A DNA stretch of 64,000 bases, taken from Tubiluchus corallicola (lineage: Eukaryota; Animalia; Priapulida). A model generated the notes under the pieces. It did not search any database and had not been told where the DNA came from. It saw only the letters and a list, made by a program, of their open reading frames with translations. The stretch is from the NCBI GenBank assembly GCA_030141605.1, contig JAQGDQ010000972.1:10412-74411 (forward strand), written 5' to 3'. The translations under genes and the position numbers were made by a program. Every line of letters begins with the position of its first letter. Position 1 is the first letter of the stretch. Below are positions 19,501 through 32,239 of this stretch, piece after piece.

Positions 19501-22261
19501 AATTTATCGCTGTGTTCACACATGGGCTGCCGAATGTGTGCACTACGTCACAAATGAACACTTCCGAAAAAAGGGGTACAGCACCTGCTATTCGTTCAAC
19601 GCGCTTCCAAATGCAGGCGCTAATGCCTATCCAACTAACGAATGGCGAAATGCATATAACAGCGAATAACTACCCACGCGAACGCAACATTTGGTTTGCG
19701 TGGTGATAATTCTTTCATGTAGTCATTCTTGAAAAAATAGTACAGGTATTATAGATTATTTTGACATACAGTTTAAGATTGGATCCTGCTTTCCTTTAAA
19801 AAGGCTCATTACATACTCGTTTCAAAAGACATTAGTTCACCGGGTTTCCTGTTTTTTTGGAGTGCACTTCAGTGTAATCATGTAGGTACTGTAATAAAAC
19901 TGAGTGCTTTGTGTGTATATCAATGGTTATACTGTCTATTAAAAATGATTGTTATTGAACTTGTAGAAGCCAGTGTGCGCACAATGCATTGTTGTGAATG
20001 AGAAGTAATGATTAAAGGAAAAAACCAAGTTTCCTGGAAAGTTGAGCTTATTTTAATATTTGAGAAAAATGTTAGAAAGTGTCAGCAATAAAATTGTGAT
20101 AAGCGTGTAATTAGTAAAATCAATTTAAGGTCGCGATCACTTCACGCTTAGGCTCACTCAGTTTGAACAAAAAATCACGACGTCTGGTTGCAATATAAAC
20201 ATTTATTTCGTCAAGTAATTGAGCAAACTTTTTTGCAACTGTTATGAGCTATAGACAATCCAAAACGTTAACGAGAGATTATTTTTTTGCTTTTTCATGA
20301 ATTCCGTTGCCCACCATTTAATGAAAACTAATTATCGACGATAATACCCCGCGCCGAGAAAGTAACAGAAAAATTGTTTAAAGGAGGTAAAACGGAAGTA
20401 TATAAGCTAAGTAACCTACCCGGCGCCTACTGTATATTTGCAGCCTCGCAGAATTTCAAGCTTGTCTGTAATTATAGCATGTGTAGTACTTATGTATTTT
20501 GAAGTATAATACGGTGACTAATTTTTACAAAACACAAAGATTTAATCAGCTAGAATAGCAAAAGTTCTGAGGAAACTGCAGATACGTGTGCGCCTGCGCG
20601 CTGTCCACCAGCTTACGTCATTTTTTCAAATATTCCTGCAGGGACGTTCGCTTTCCGGGAGATAAGAATGATTTAAGCTTTTTGGGATTTTTAAACAAGA
20701 GATTGTATGCGCGTTGAATGCGTGGTATTACGTGGTATACACACAAAAAGTCTTAAGTGTGTGTGATAATACAGTGACTGTTGTTCAAGGGATGTTTTTT
20801 TTAATGTTGCGTACTAACTGCTGTTATTATGTTAATGCAGTTATTATCTGTGATAAACAAGTAGGCACTTTCAGTATTGCGTAATCAACTTGCTTAAGTT
20901 CTTTGTTGCTGCTTCATTAGTACTTAGTAGGCCCTCACCCAAAAGACGTTTACGAGATATTAGCAGATACTTACCATAAGAAGCTTTCTGCGCATGTCCT
21001 AGGTGTTATATATTGGGAATTTTTTCAGACCTGTCGTTCGTAGGTAAAACTTCAAGTTGACAACATTCTGTCTCAAGCAGCTGCCTTGTTATTATGAATG
21101 ATGTTCTGGACTTGATATGATAATTTGGCTTCACTGATACGAGCTGGATGGATGATAGTGTAGTGGTAGCTTACGTGGTTGTTAGTGAGGCTACTTTAAC
21201 ACAGCCGTCTTGGGTTGCTGTTGGTGTGGCAAGCTGTTAGTCTGGAGTAATTCTGGGCACATAACACATAGGGGAACGAACGACGCTGATTGAGCATAGA
21301 TTAGCTAGTCTGCATTGTGTAGTAATTAAAGACAAGCCTGTTTCTTTTGTATTAATTTTGCATTGTGTTAAATATTAATTTTAGTTACAAATGTTATGCT
21401 ATTTAACTAAGTTAATGTCTATAAACTAGTACCATATACCTGTTATAGCATGTCATTTAACTCTCATAAAATAAAATACACAAAAACTACACTGTACGGA
21501 GTTTATTATCAGCACTAATGAAAATAGGGAACAAAATACACGTGCACAAAAATAACTAACTAACTTAGTAACAGCACACCCGAGGAGCACCTGTGTCAGA
21601 AATCAAGGCTGTAGTGACCTCTACACGCTTTTACACTGGCATTCCAGGTCAGCTGGCTTCTCACACCACGTGTAGGTCCAAACAAGACGTCTGGACCTAC
21701 AAGACAGGGGTGAGTCGCTGCTGACGTGGAAGCAGGGCATGTAGAGGGCCCTACACCTGACCCGACACAGGTGCCTCCGTAACAATATCAAGGCCTTAGG
21801 CACCCAAAACATCATAAATTCCGGTAAACAACGCCTAAAAGACGTTTTATCAAAATCAACTCGGACAAAGTACATTCTGTATAAAGAATTTAATCCAATT
21901 TTAATATATCATCCAATGTATTGGAATAGAGATGTCAACGGTAGACTGGTGGAAAAAGATATAGACTAGCATGCACACGCATAATCCCATGATTGAAATC
22001 GCATAATCTTATGATTGAAATGGGGCGGTAGAGTAGAGTATACATGTGACACAACTAGTGTTCAGACGGACATATACTGTGTAAATGTCCGAACTGCTTC
22101 AAACAGTTAACTTCTAGTAACATTATTGCATTGTATGTTACTAGCAATCATGTAGATTTAACTAGTTTATTTGACCTGTTTTAACCACACTCTAAAATGT
22201 TTGTCTTGCAACTGCTGTTATAACTCTGTATAATTATAATTGTTTGGCCTGTTAATAAACT

Positions 22262-22305
<44 letters not shown>

Positions 22306-22332
22306 TACTGCTACTGCTACTGCTACTGCTAC
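22262..22332. repeat. (TAC)n/(TGCTAC)n microsatellite after AATAAA, possibly a retroelement tail
   Basis: ttaataaac is immediately followed by (TAC)n. Confidence 0.85.
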
Positions 22333-22682
22333 TGCTTCTGCTGCTGCTGCTGATCATGATGGATATGGATAAAATTTACTGAAACTAGTTAGCCAACGTG
22401 TTATGAGTCACTTGCAAATTTTTTAATTTTGTTAAACAACTTCTATAGCCATGTCAGTTGGGTACGTAACTTGCACGTTAAATTAATTGCTGGATAGTTA
22501 GTGGCGAATGATAAGCAGGCGTAATAGCCATCAGCACAGCACGCAAAGACACACAAAGGGCATGACATTATTGTCTCATATATTGGATTGACATGAAGTG
22601 AGTTACCTTCAAGTCGTGTTTTATCCTGAAGCATTTAGTACCTTGTTGCCCAAGTCCAAACTGATATAAACGTCAACAGTTT

Positions 22683-23080
22683 GTTGAGTAGACATGAGTA
22701 GTTATGGCAAGAGACGCGATTTACGAGAGCACATAGCAGTGGAACGAAAAGAGAAAAATGTAAGTTGAGTAGGCATGGCAAGGAACGCGATTTACGAGAG
22801 CACATAGCTGTGGAACGAAATGAGAAAATGTAAGTTGAGTAGGCATGAGTAGCCATGGCAAGACACGCGATTAACCGAGAGCACATAGCAGTGGAACGAA
22901 AAGACAAAAATGTAAGTTGAGTAGGCATGAGTAGCCATGGCAAGACATGCGATAAACCGAGAGCACAGAGCGGTGAGACGAAAAAAGAAAAATGTAAGTT
23001 GAGTACGCATGCGTTACCATGGTAAGGAACGCGATTTACGAGGAACACATAGCAGTGAAACGAAAAGAGAAAAATGTAAA
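22683..23080. repeat. Minisatellite, five units of ~70-82 bp
   Basis: Units begin gttgagta at 22683, 22764, 22834, 22916 and 22998. Each contains atggcaag..cgcgat..cgagagcacatagcagtggaacgaaa.gagaaaaatgtaa or a close variant. Confidence 0.92.
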
Positions 23081-24351
23081 ACTCATTCTATGAATCAGTA
23101 AAAAGGACATCATAGTCCCACAAACACAAATAATACTCACTTACTATGAGTTTTTGAACCCTATCCAACATCTTTGGCTGACTATCAAGAAGGGAGTTTG
23201 AGAGATCTGATACTCAGTGCCCTTTATATGCCTTTAAGTGCAGCCAGTTTTTGTAAAAATGAAAAAGCCAACTTAGTCATGCAGAAGCCACATGACCTCC
23301 GCAGAACACAGATTAGATAGACTTGCACAGTTTTAACAACCCAAGAAATTTTGTTAGATGAAGAAGCTTTTTTAGGTCCAGGGCTGGGCTGATATGAGCA
23401 ATACTATAGGCTGCAGAATTGGTGTGAATCAATATTTATGGAATCTGAAACACCCAGAATCAGTCCTATTTCCGGCTAACGCTTAAGCGTGGGGAAATTT
23501 TAGGGCGCTTCTGAGAACTAAGAGAGAACTAAGAACTAACTCAGATCTGCTGCTATCTCTTTGTTGCCGTTAAAGGGACTTGAAGTCTTAGGCTTGAAAA
23601 AAATTTAAGTGAAAATTCTAACGCGAAAGATTGTGGACATCAGCTTCAATTAATTCCATCCAGCAACGATTCTACAACCTTTGACCTATTCAGTGATAGT
23701 GACGTAATGTCCAGACTGAGCAAGCAGACCATGTTGAGAAAACCAGGACATAAAGGTTTGACAATCTATATGAAGCAACATATTATAGTCTCTAATTCAT
23801 CTATCAAATCCGGATACCAAGGCGAAATGAAGGAAGCCAATAACGAAAGTTTGTTTGAGAATCCCACAAATGCACATTGTTATACTAATGCAAAAGCAAG
23901 CATTAAGTTGTACGACCACTAGTATTTTTTTCGTGACACCATCATTAAGTGAACTGGTTAGTAAAGTTGAGCACCTACCCTTCAGATAATCCAAAGCCCT
24001 TTAACTGCCAAATCGGTGTTTCTCAGGATTCCTAGGCAATGCACGAATATATAAAAATTAATTCAAGCTTAGCTGTACTTTGTGGAGCTTTTGCGACCTC
24101 TTAGATTGGAATTGAAACTGCCTGGATTGAAGCTTAAAATAATGTTATTTCAGGATTATAGGAACCATAATGTTTGATGTTTGAAAGCAATACTGCACAG
24201 ATTGATCAAAACCCTAAGCAGCCAAAGCCATAAATGAGCTATCATAAAATTGTAATCAGGATAATGTCTTTGATCGATCTATGTAATCTAAAATGAGTAG
24301 GTCTCAAAGGTTTTTAAAAAGAAGCAGCATGGAAATAACCGAGAAGTCAGG

Positions 24352-24432
24352 CGTCTGCTTAGTCTCTGAAGTTAAGCTATCCTTGACCTGGTTAGTAAAT
24401 GATAGCTGACCACCCGGAAAACCCTCGTGCTT
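24352..24432 (+). pseudogene. Degenerate 5S rRNA-derived fragment (5S pseudogene or 5S-containing SINE)
   Basis: tctctGAAGTTAAGC...CCTGGTTAGTA..tGAT.g..GACC.CC.GG.AA.ACC...GTGCT follows the 3' two-thirds of eukaryotic 5S rRNA, including the internal control region. Confidence 0.65.
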
Positions 24433-26859
24433 CCTGGACAGTTTCAACTACCCTGTTATCTGGCTATAGGTACTCTATCATTTTGAGTGATGCTACATTT
24501 ACAGAAACACTTCTGTCATCAACGTCTTTTATATTATAGCTACATTCTGATCCCGTTACAATAATCGACGTAATAATTATGTCCTGCCGTTATTGCTGGA
24601 TACCATCATAGTTTCTTGAACAGTATAAGAAAGCTTTCAGGAAGCTGTAATTTTACATAAAAATCATTTTTGACAAAAAATTTAGTACAAAATTTTGTGG
24701 CGTGTCTTTTGAGACGCCAGACGTTGTTATAAAGAAAATTTGTAAATATAATAGGTATGAAGATATAAAGATATTCTGAGCCGCATTTGAGTCGGGTGCC
24801 TCCTGTAATCGACCAAGGAAGTTTACGATTTCTCGAACTTGATCAAAGACCATGATCTAAAACCCTCACAATTCGGAAAGAAAGCTGTATTTGTTATGGT
24901 ATTAATGGTAAATACTAATTCGAAATCAACAAGTTAAGCGCAGACGACTTATTTGCATGTGGGCAAATGTTGTTGGTGAAGTCTCACATTAAAGAACGCA
25001 GAAACTATGTGCGAAGTTCGGACGCAGACTGTTTCTGCGAAATGTTACGGTTCAGATAAATAATTTTTGCAAAACTATCAAAAATCAGGACACAATTGAT
25101 TGCAGTTAACATAAGAAAAAATGTTTTTTGCTCTTTCCACCACCAAATTTGGTTTGAATGCTCAATTGTTTTCTGGTCCCTTGACCAGACTAATCTAATC
25201 TAATCTAACCCAATTCTAAACTAAATAAAAGCAACAAAAACGAAACAAGTGCAATCCAGTCCAATCTAATCAAACCAGCCTAATATAATTTATATAGAAA
25301 CCTATCAGAGTGCAATAACTTCTTCCCCAGGATCCAGGGTGATTTTTTTAAAGAGATATGCTTTGCAATGGTCTGTTTGAAAACCAGATAAAAGTCAACT
25401 TATGACTTTAATTAATGTTTTTCTCTGGAAACGTCAGAATCAAAGATATTTTACACGTGCCTAATACATATTGAGACATTAAGTAATGAGTCTGGATATT
25501 TTGTCGCTAGAGAACAGATGATAAAAACTTGGTATCCCAGAAATTAAAATTTTTAGTAACCTAAAAATTTGTTGCTGTTTGTGACCGGGCATTTGGTAAC
25601 CATTACTCTTGAAGTATAAACTTGCTTTTAACTTGATAACCTGGTTAACTTGCGACTCAGACATTTCGTGTCCCAAAATTTCTTACCTGTATGGACACTT
25701 AGTCGTTATTGATCTATATAGAAATTTTGGTAATCTATATCGAACTTTGGACACTCGCATATTTAGTAAGTGGATATTTGGTAGCTGTACTTAATTGAAC
25801 GTTGTAATATTCGGATCCTTGATTATTTGGACGCTTGATGAAGCGGATATTTGGCATCTCAGTTACCAAGCAAAGTGGCGAGCTACCATTTTTATAGTAT
25901 CGAAATGTTTACGAAAAAAACGTAAATTTTGATGTTTAATTTGATGCTAATTTTCAAATCAGACTTCTTACCGCGACTGTTTTCTTTCACGAAAGTGTAC
26001 AGAAACTTTCATGCTACCAAAAGAAGAGCAACTGGTTTCAAATGGTTATATATACAAAAATGTAAAGCAAATTTTAAAGCTTCGGTGAAAAAATGACGGA
26101 TTTTCACTTTTCAAGATAGATGTAAATATGCTGGTTTTGATTACTGTTTCGCTTGCATATCAATCTGTACTGTATAGTTATTAATTTTCAGATGAACGTA
26201 CAGCGCTCTATAAAATAGGCAAATTTAGCGATTACAAAACGAGCAAAGCTGTATTCACATTTTCGCCAAAGCGGAAACAAGCACGGTAATGGCAACAGGC
26301 GTGAACGAATAAGCCTGAATATCATTTTCGTCATTATAATGTGGTAACTGCTGCGCGAGGTGATAATAAAATGTTTCAGCATCTGATGTAAAATAGATAA
26401 TAAAATTGTTTACCGCATACTAAACTGACGCAAACACTCATCACCATCCAACTGGCTAATAATTGTGACGTCATGCACTGCATTCTGTTAAGAAATGATG
26501 GGTTCACAAAAGACTTTGCGATGACTGAAAAAACTTCGCAAAAGACTGAAGCACTACAAACGTTTGTTACGTAATCTTTTCCTCTTGTTATGTTGTGTGT
26601 TCAGCATATATGCACCGTGTAATTATTGTTTTTTCTAAGAGATGCAACAGTTCTGCGTCAACCGGCCAGTCATGCACGTTCTCAACTGACTCACACGCAA
26701 CTTGGCTGTCAGTCTGAGTTGCACGATGAAGCCAGTCGAATTTTACATGCGTGGGCGCTCTTTGGAGGTGGGCAGATTACTTAACTAGAAAGATAATTGC
26801 ATCATTAATATTCCGTCTCTACTATTACTTCGATTGGCCCTGAATATAATCACTGTAAC

Positions 26860-26875
26860 CATCATCATCGCCGTC

Positions 26876-26927
<52 letters not shown>
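26860..26927. repeat. (CAT)n microsatellite
   Basis: Seen directly. Confidence 0.95.
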
Positions 26928-26928
<1 letters not shown>

Positions 26929-29057
26929 CCAGTTCACACCATAATCGTCAATGTCACAACAACCATATACCAGAAACTATTATTGGTATTTCTTATTCTC
27001 CCATTTTTTTAAAATTTTTGGCTTCATTCTTCTTTTCTTTTTAGCTTTTGCTTTTCATAATTTCATTCATTACTTTCGTCAGCTTTTTGTCTTTTTTCTC
27101 TTCTTCATTCCATTATCGCTTTTATTTTCATTGTCTTTAGTGCTCTTATTCTTTTTTTCGTTCATTTTGTTTTTTATTTTTTTCGGTGTTCTTCCTTTTC
27201 TACATTTACCATTTATGTGTTTTTGGTTGCCTCTTTTCCCTCTCCTTTTCACTTTTGCTTTTATTTCTTTATCATAAATTATCTGCTCAGTTTTAAGCGC
27301 ATTCAGCTGTTTAAACATCTGCTTCAAAGACTAAGTTGGAAATCAGTATAATTTTCCATTGCAAAAACACCATTTTTTGTCTCAACATGCAAAGGCTTTT
27401 ACAAGTTAATGCATCAGCAAAACTTCTAAACAGTTTTCTGCTTTTAATAAAGCCCAGGCCGACCTTGATTAGGCTACATTGCTTGTCCAAATGGCAACTG
27501 GGTGAATTACAATTCAATCAGTAGTTGCCTGCATTACAATTCAATCAGTTATGTAGGACTTCATTGCCATTATATTGGCTTTTGATCTTTGGAATATATC
27601 TCCGCTTCTGAGACATCTAATAATGTTGTCCATGTTAAATATAATTTTATTACCTTAACCACTATTACGAAATTATTTATCGTGTTAGTGCTGGCCTGCT
27701 GCTGTACCCACAATGCAGCTTGCAAATACTAGTTCGTGTAGATTAATTACGTTCATCATCATCGTCGTCGTCGTCGTTGTTTGATGGGAGAGAAGTCAAA
27801 CCTACCCATCATAAATGAGCTAGTCTTGGCGCGCAATAATGGAGCAAAGAGGGCGACATTATTCCACCAAGCACTAATTACTGCAGTTATAAACGCGAAC
27901 CTTGTCTTATATAATTATGCACACAAGTACAATGAGTTATTGACAGAACTGACAAAATACACAATTAGCCGTGGCCGCTAAATGCCAGCCAGGTAGTTAC
28001 TTAAGAGGATTTTCTTGCTTTTGTTCATGCAGGTTAAATTAATCCATTTTCACAGTGATTTTGCGTATGAAAGTGTAAAGGTGTTTTTAAACAAAAATGT
28101 GCGCCGTTTCGTGCAATAATGAAAGCACAATTTAGCAAAATTGTTAAAAGAGCCGGTAAGAAAATGTTATTTAAAAGGGAACAAAAAAGGTATATCGCTA
28201 AGAACTTTCCATACGCTACGCTGAAAAAGTAAAGTTTTAATAATATAAGTACAACCTGCTAAAACTGCATTGTTTTGCTATCCCAGTATGCACCACTGAT
28301 ACACTAAAAAAACAAATTGATCTTATTGGCAACATAAAGTAATTTAAACTTAGTTAGTGAAGAGTGTGCTACGAATGCCGTGATTATTTTTTCAAACTTT
28401 GCGCATTGTTATCTAAACTTGTTTCAAAGGACTTACCATCATAATGGCTGCGACTTAACGGTCATTACGTGAGTTTAAATTTCAAGTTTTATAAGACAGT
28501 ACGTAGGTGATGGAAAATTTTAAGACGAATTTTATCAGACATCTTTTATTATTATTCTGCACGTGTTTGTCCTACTAAGGGCGTCATCATAGCAAAACAT
28601 AACATTATTCACCAAAACATAGTCATACGAAAGTTACACAGGCTGTGTACTGAGCATGGTTTTTAGTTTTATGTAAGAGTCTTCATGAGCTTTAACCATT
28701 TCACTTCTTCATTCATGTCATCTGTTCTTCGCGCTAATATGGCTTCTTTGTCTGAATGCGTGCAATTTCATCGCATCCGGCTTATTTATAAAACTGTTTA
28801 ATTTGAGGGAGGGAGAGAATAAGAAAGAAGGCGAGAGACAGATTTTTATTTACTTATTTACAATCGTTATTAATAAAAACATCTGTATAGGTAGGAAATC
28901 AATTAACACTTCGGTGAATTTCTGATTTAGTTTGAGTTCTGTCAAGTTAACAAGGTCATGTAAAACGTTTTGAACAACGTAAGTACTTGTTAAATTGAAT
29001 TATGGATTATTTAATGTTATAAATTTACTCGTCTGTTCCTTCTTTTACTAAAGTTAA

Positions 29058-29058
<1 letters not shown>

Positions 29059-29100
<42 letters not shown>

Positions 29101-29125
29101 GAGAGAGAAAGAGGGAGAGAGAGAG

Positions 29126-29213
<88 letters not shown>
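29059..29213. repeat. (GA)n microsatellite
   Basis: Seen directly. Confidence 0.98.
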
Positions 29214-29216
<3 letters not shown>

Positions 29217-32200
29217 TTATTGCTACATTTTAAGATTTTCAATGGTCATTACTTGTCAAACTCGGTTATTTTAATTAAGAGTAGAAAAAGAAACGTACAT
29301 CGTTTACGTAAAGATAATAACGTTTATATAAAATCATTATGTACATTCGTGATAACATATGCATCAAAGAACGTTATTGCCAGGTTCACCACTGCAAACT
29401 GCGGTGCGCAAAAATTTTACTAATTTCATGTGTTACAAAAATGGGCACATGATACATACGATACATACATGATACACACGTGTACATACAATCAGAAATT
29501 GCAGATATACGTTTATTTTTTAAGTTTGTTTAGACCAAAGCTCAGCAATTGACTTTACCGATATGTTCATCATTTTAAGTTCGATAAAATTGACTAAAAA
29601 TTAAAGTTCAATTAACACGACATAGTTAATGAGGAATTCTTGCTACTCTTAGTGGTCTTATTCTGATGTACAGAAGTTCATTAAAATCCAGCACAATCGA
29701 AATTCCTTAAGCTCTGACGCTTACAGAGTTTCAATACACGTTATGTTGAAGGCTTATATAAAGAAAAACATTGTTTAAAAATAAATGATATTGTTCATCA
29801 ATTACATCTTTCGTGAATTGTTTGAAGTCAGATACATCAGTTTTATAAAACACTAATATCAGAATATATATGACTTTGCTAATTAGTTCTAAGCATATTA
29901 AGATGTTATTCACATTTTTAATAACGTAAGGAGCCTTGATAATTAAGTAGTTGATACAGATCTTTTCAATTCATAATTCTCAATGGAACTTGGTCACATT
30001 GATTAAAAGATCATATTTTAATTATTCATATTGTCGCCTTGCTGTTTCGTGTTGTTGTTTCAGACGCTTGATGTGAGTGCTGCTGTTTTATTTATGAAAT
30101 CCATCAGCTAAACTGACTTTTTCTAAAAACACTTTAGAGTTTCGAAGTTTAGAAAAAGATCAGGCAAGCGTCATTAAGACGCAAGAAAATTGAGGAAACA
30201 ACCACTCAGATCAATTCGTTTTTTACAGACGTTTTGTGCGTGATGTTGGGTAATTAAAGTTACAGAGCTTAGTTAACCCTTTCATAGTGAAAGCAATAGG
30301 AACTATCTAATAATAACAATCTGTTGCAGCAGTATCAAGCGTAAGCTCATCTGCTTGAAGTTAGTTGATGAACATTAATTCTGCCAAATTTAAACGATTG
30401 CTAACGCTTGTGTTATATCGAACTTAATTAACAAGGGTTCAAGATTAACCCTTGTGGGACGCCAAGCTTAATAATTAATCAGAGGGACGGTATTTAACGG
30501 GTTAAACCTTCTCATGGGTACGAAGCTATTCAGACCGCAATAAATGCGTTAAAATCTATTGCTTCTTGTAAAAAGAGATTAGAAAATTTCGTCTAAATCA
30601 ATTTGTTCGACATCGTGGGTTTGGAGCGTGAGAGGAGTAGAATATGAGACGGGTACATTGGAAATGGTTTGCTTAGAATGTTCATCACGAAACTAGAATA
30701 ACACAAGACACGCTGTTTTTCTTTGTAATTTTCAAACTTCGTTACGAAAGCACTGAATTTATTACGACACTGCGTTATGTGACAAGTAGAGTGTTACGTT
30801 CCTAACACTGCTTTTATTGCGTTCGACGCGAAGTAGTTTTGTTGTTAACTGTCAGTTACCGAATTACGTAAATTATTTTTACCGCTCGTTGTACGATTTA
30901 TTCGAGTTAGGAAGGCTCGAATCGATGCGGGAGTTTAGTGGCAACGAACTTCCGAAAATCAAATATGGACTTTGGTACACAAATCTCAAACGTACATAAG
31001 CAAAATGGGGTTTAAATAAACAAGAAAACATTCGTATCAAAAGAGACTAAAGTATTACACACAATGCATATTATTGTTGTGCTAACTAGTAATCAATAAT
31101 AATAAACAAAACCCGTAAGTCGTAATTGCTGTTCAGAACAGAGTTTAGTGTTTAAACCTGCTTTTCTGTTTAAACTAACTTTAGTGTTGTAACAATGGAT
31201 TGATTTTCAAACCAAATTTAATTCATCGAAGCTGTAGAGATAGACGAGCACAAACAGGTTAACTGCACAAACGTGTTACAAATACAGAGCAGTTAGCTCT
31301 AAGGTAGCATAGGGACCTCTACTTTCCCTATGTTTGTCAATGTTATCCATTATGTTGTAAATTGAGGATTAATGTTGTAAATGAAGTGAAATTACGTAAA
31401 GTAAAATATGAGATTCTACTATTAAATTCAAGATTACTTGTCTTAGATTGTATTTTTAGTTCCAGACAACAGAGTTGCGAGTGACAATTTTGTCCTTAAA
31501 ACGAAATTAACTCCAATTCACATGTATCCTATGGACAGCTATGGACGCAGGGCACGAGTTGACAAATTTTGCTTAACTTTTTGCTCTTCCACTTTTTATA
31601 CCTACATGCACCTGTTCTTTATGAATACCAGAACAAGGTACTTATTCATGATTGTTTGCACATCAGATCACACGCTTCAGGCACCTCTGATGATGAAAGG
31701 TATTGTAAGCAATGCCAAGATTGATCTAATTCAGTTCATACAGGTGTGTATTGCTGGGTATTTCACCTGCATCCGCACGCAACGTTGAACGTAGGCTGCT
31801 GTAATTCTATTAAAAATTATTAACATAAGCAGTATAGTAATTTGCACAGGTTTTCTGGCAGGCATTCACCAAAAATAAAGAATATTAGTTTATGAAAATC
31901 GATGCGTCATAATAAATTCTACAAATGGGTTACAACCATCGGGGACTGACTGGTATTTGCAAGGTAGTTATGCGAATTTTTGCCAAACATATGTGTGAAA
32001 TCACACCAAATAATAACTTATCACATTTTGTCATATTGAGATTAATTTTTTTCCAAATTTGGGTGACAACCTTTCATAACATTTCGGTAAATTTATCGTA
32101 TTCTTCTGCAATTGCAAGGCTCCTAGCATTTTATATTAATGAAAGGAGAGCCCTAAAAGATTCTCGTTGCAGCTTTGGTTTAATTTTCACCAGTATCTTG

Positions 32201-32239
32201 CAACACAGGCTCAATAAATACTAGAAGTTATGTCTGTTA

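Noticed and set aside
22635-23080. Regular repeat array considered as CRISPR, and its 137-aa ORF
   Set aside because: The context is eukaryotic, whole units repeat with no unique spacers, and there are no cas genes. It is a minisatellite.
23340-24290. Possible decayed LINE RT on the minus strand (LDYLKGR, MVPIILK)
   Set aside because: The similarity is too fragmentary to support without a search.
26466-26473. Perfect CRE palindromes TGACGTCA (also 40614 and 44423)
   Set aside because: A few 8-mers in 64 kb with no linked TSS are not sufficient evidence.
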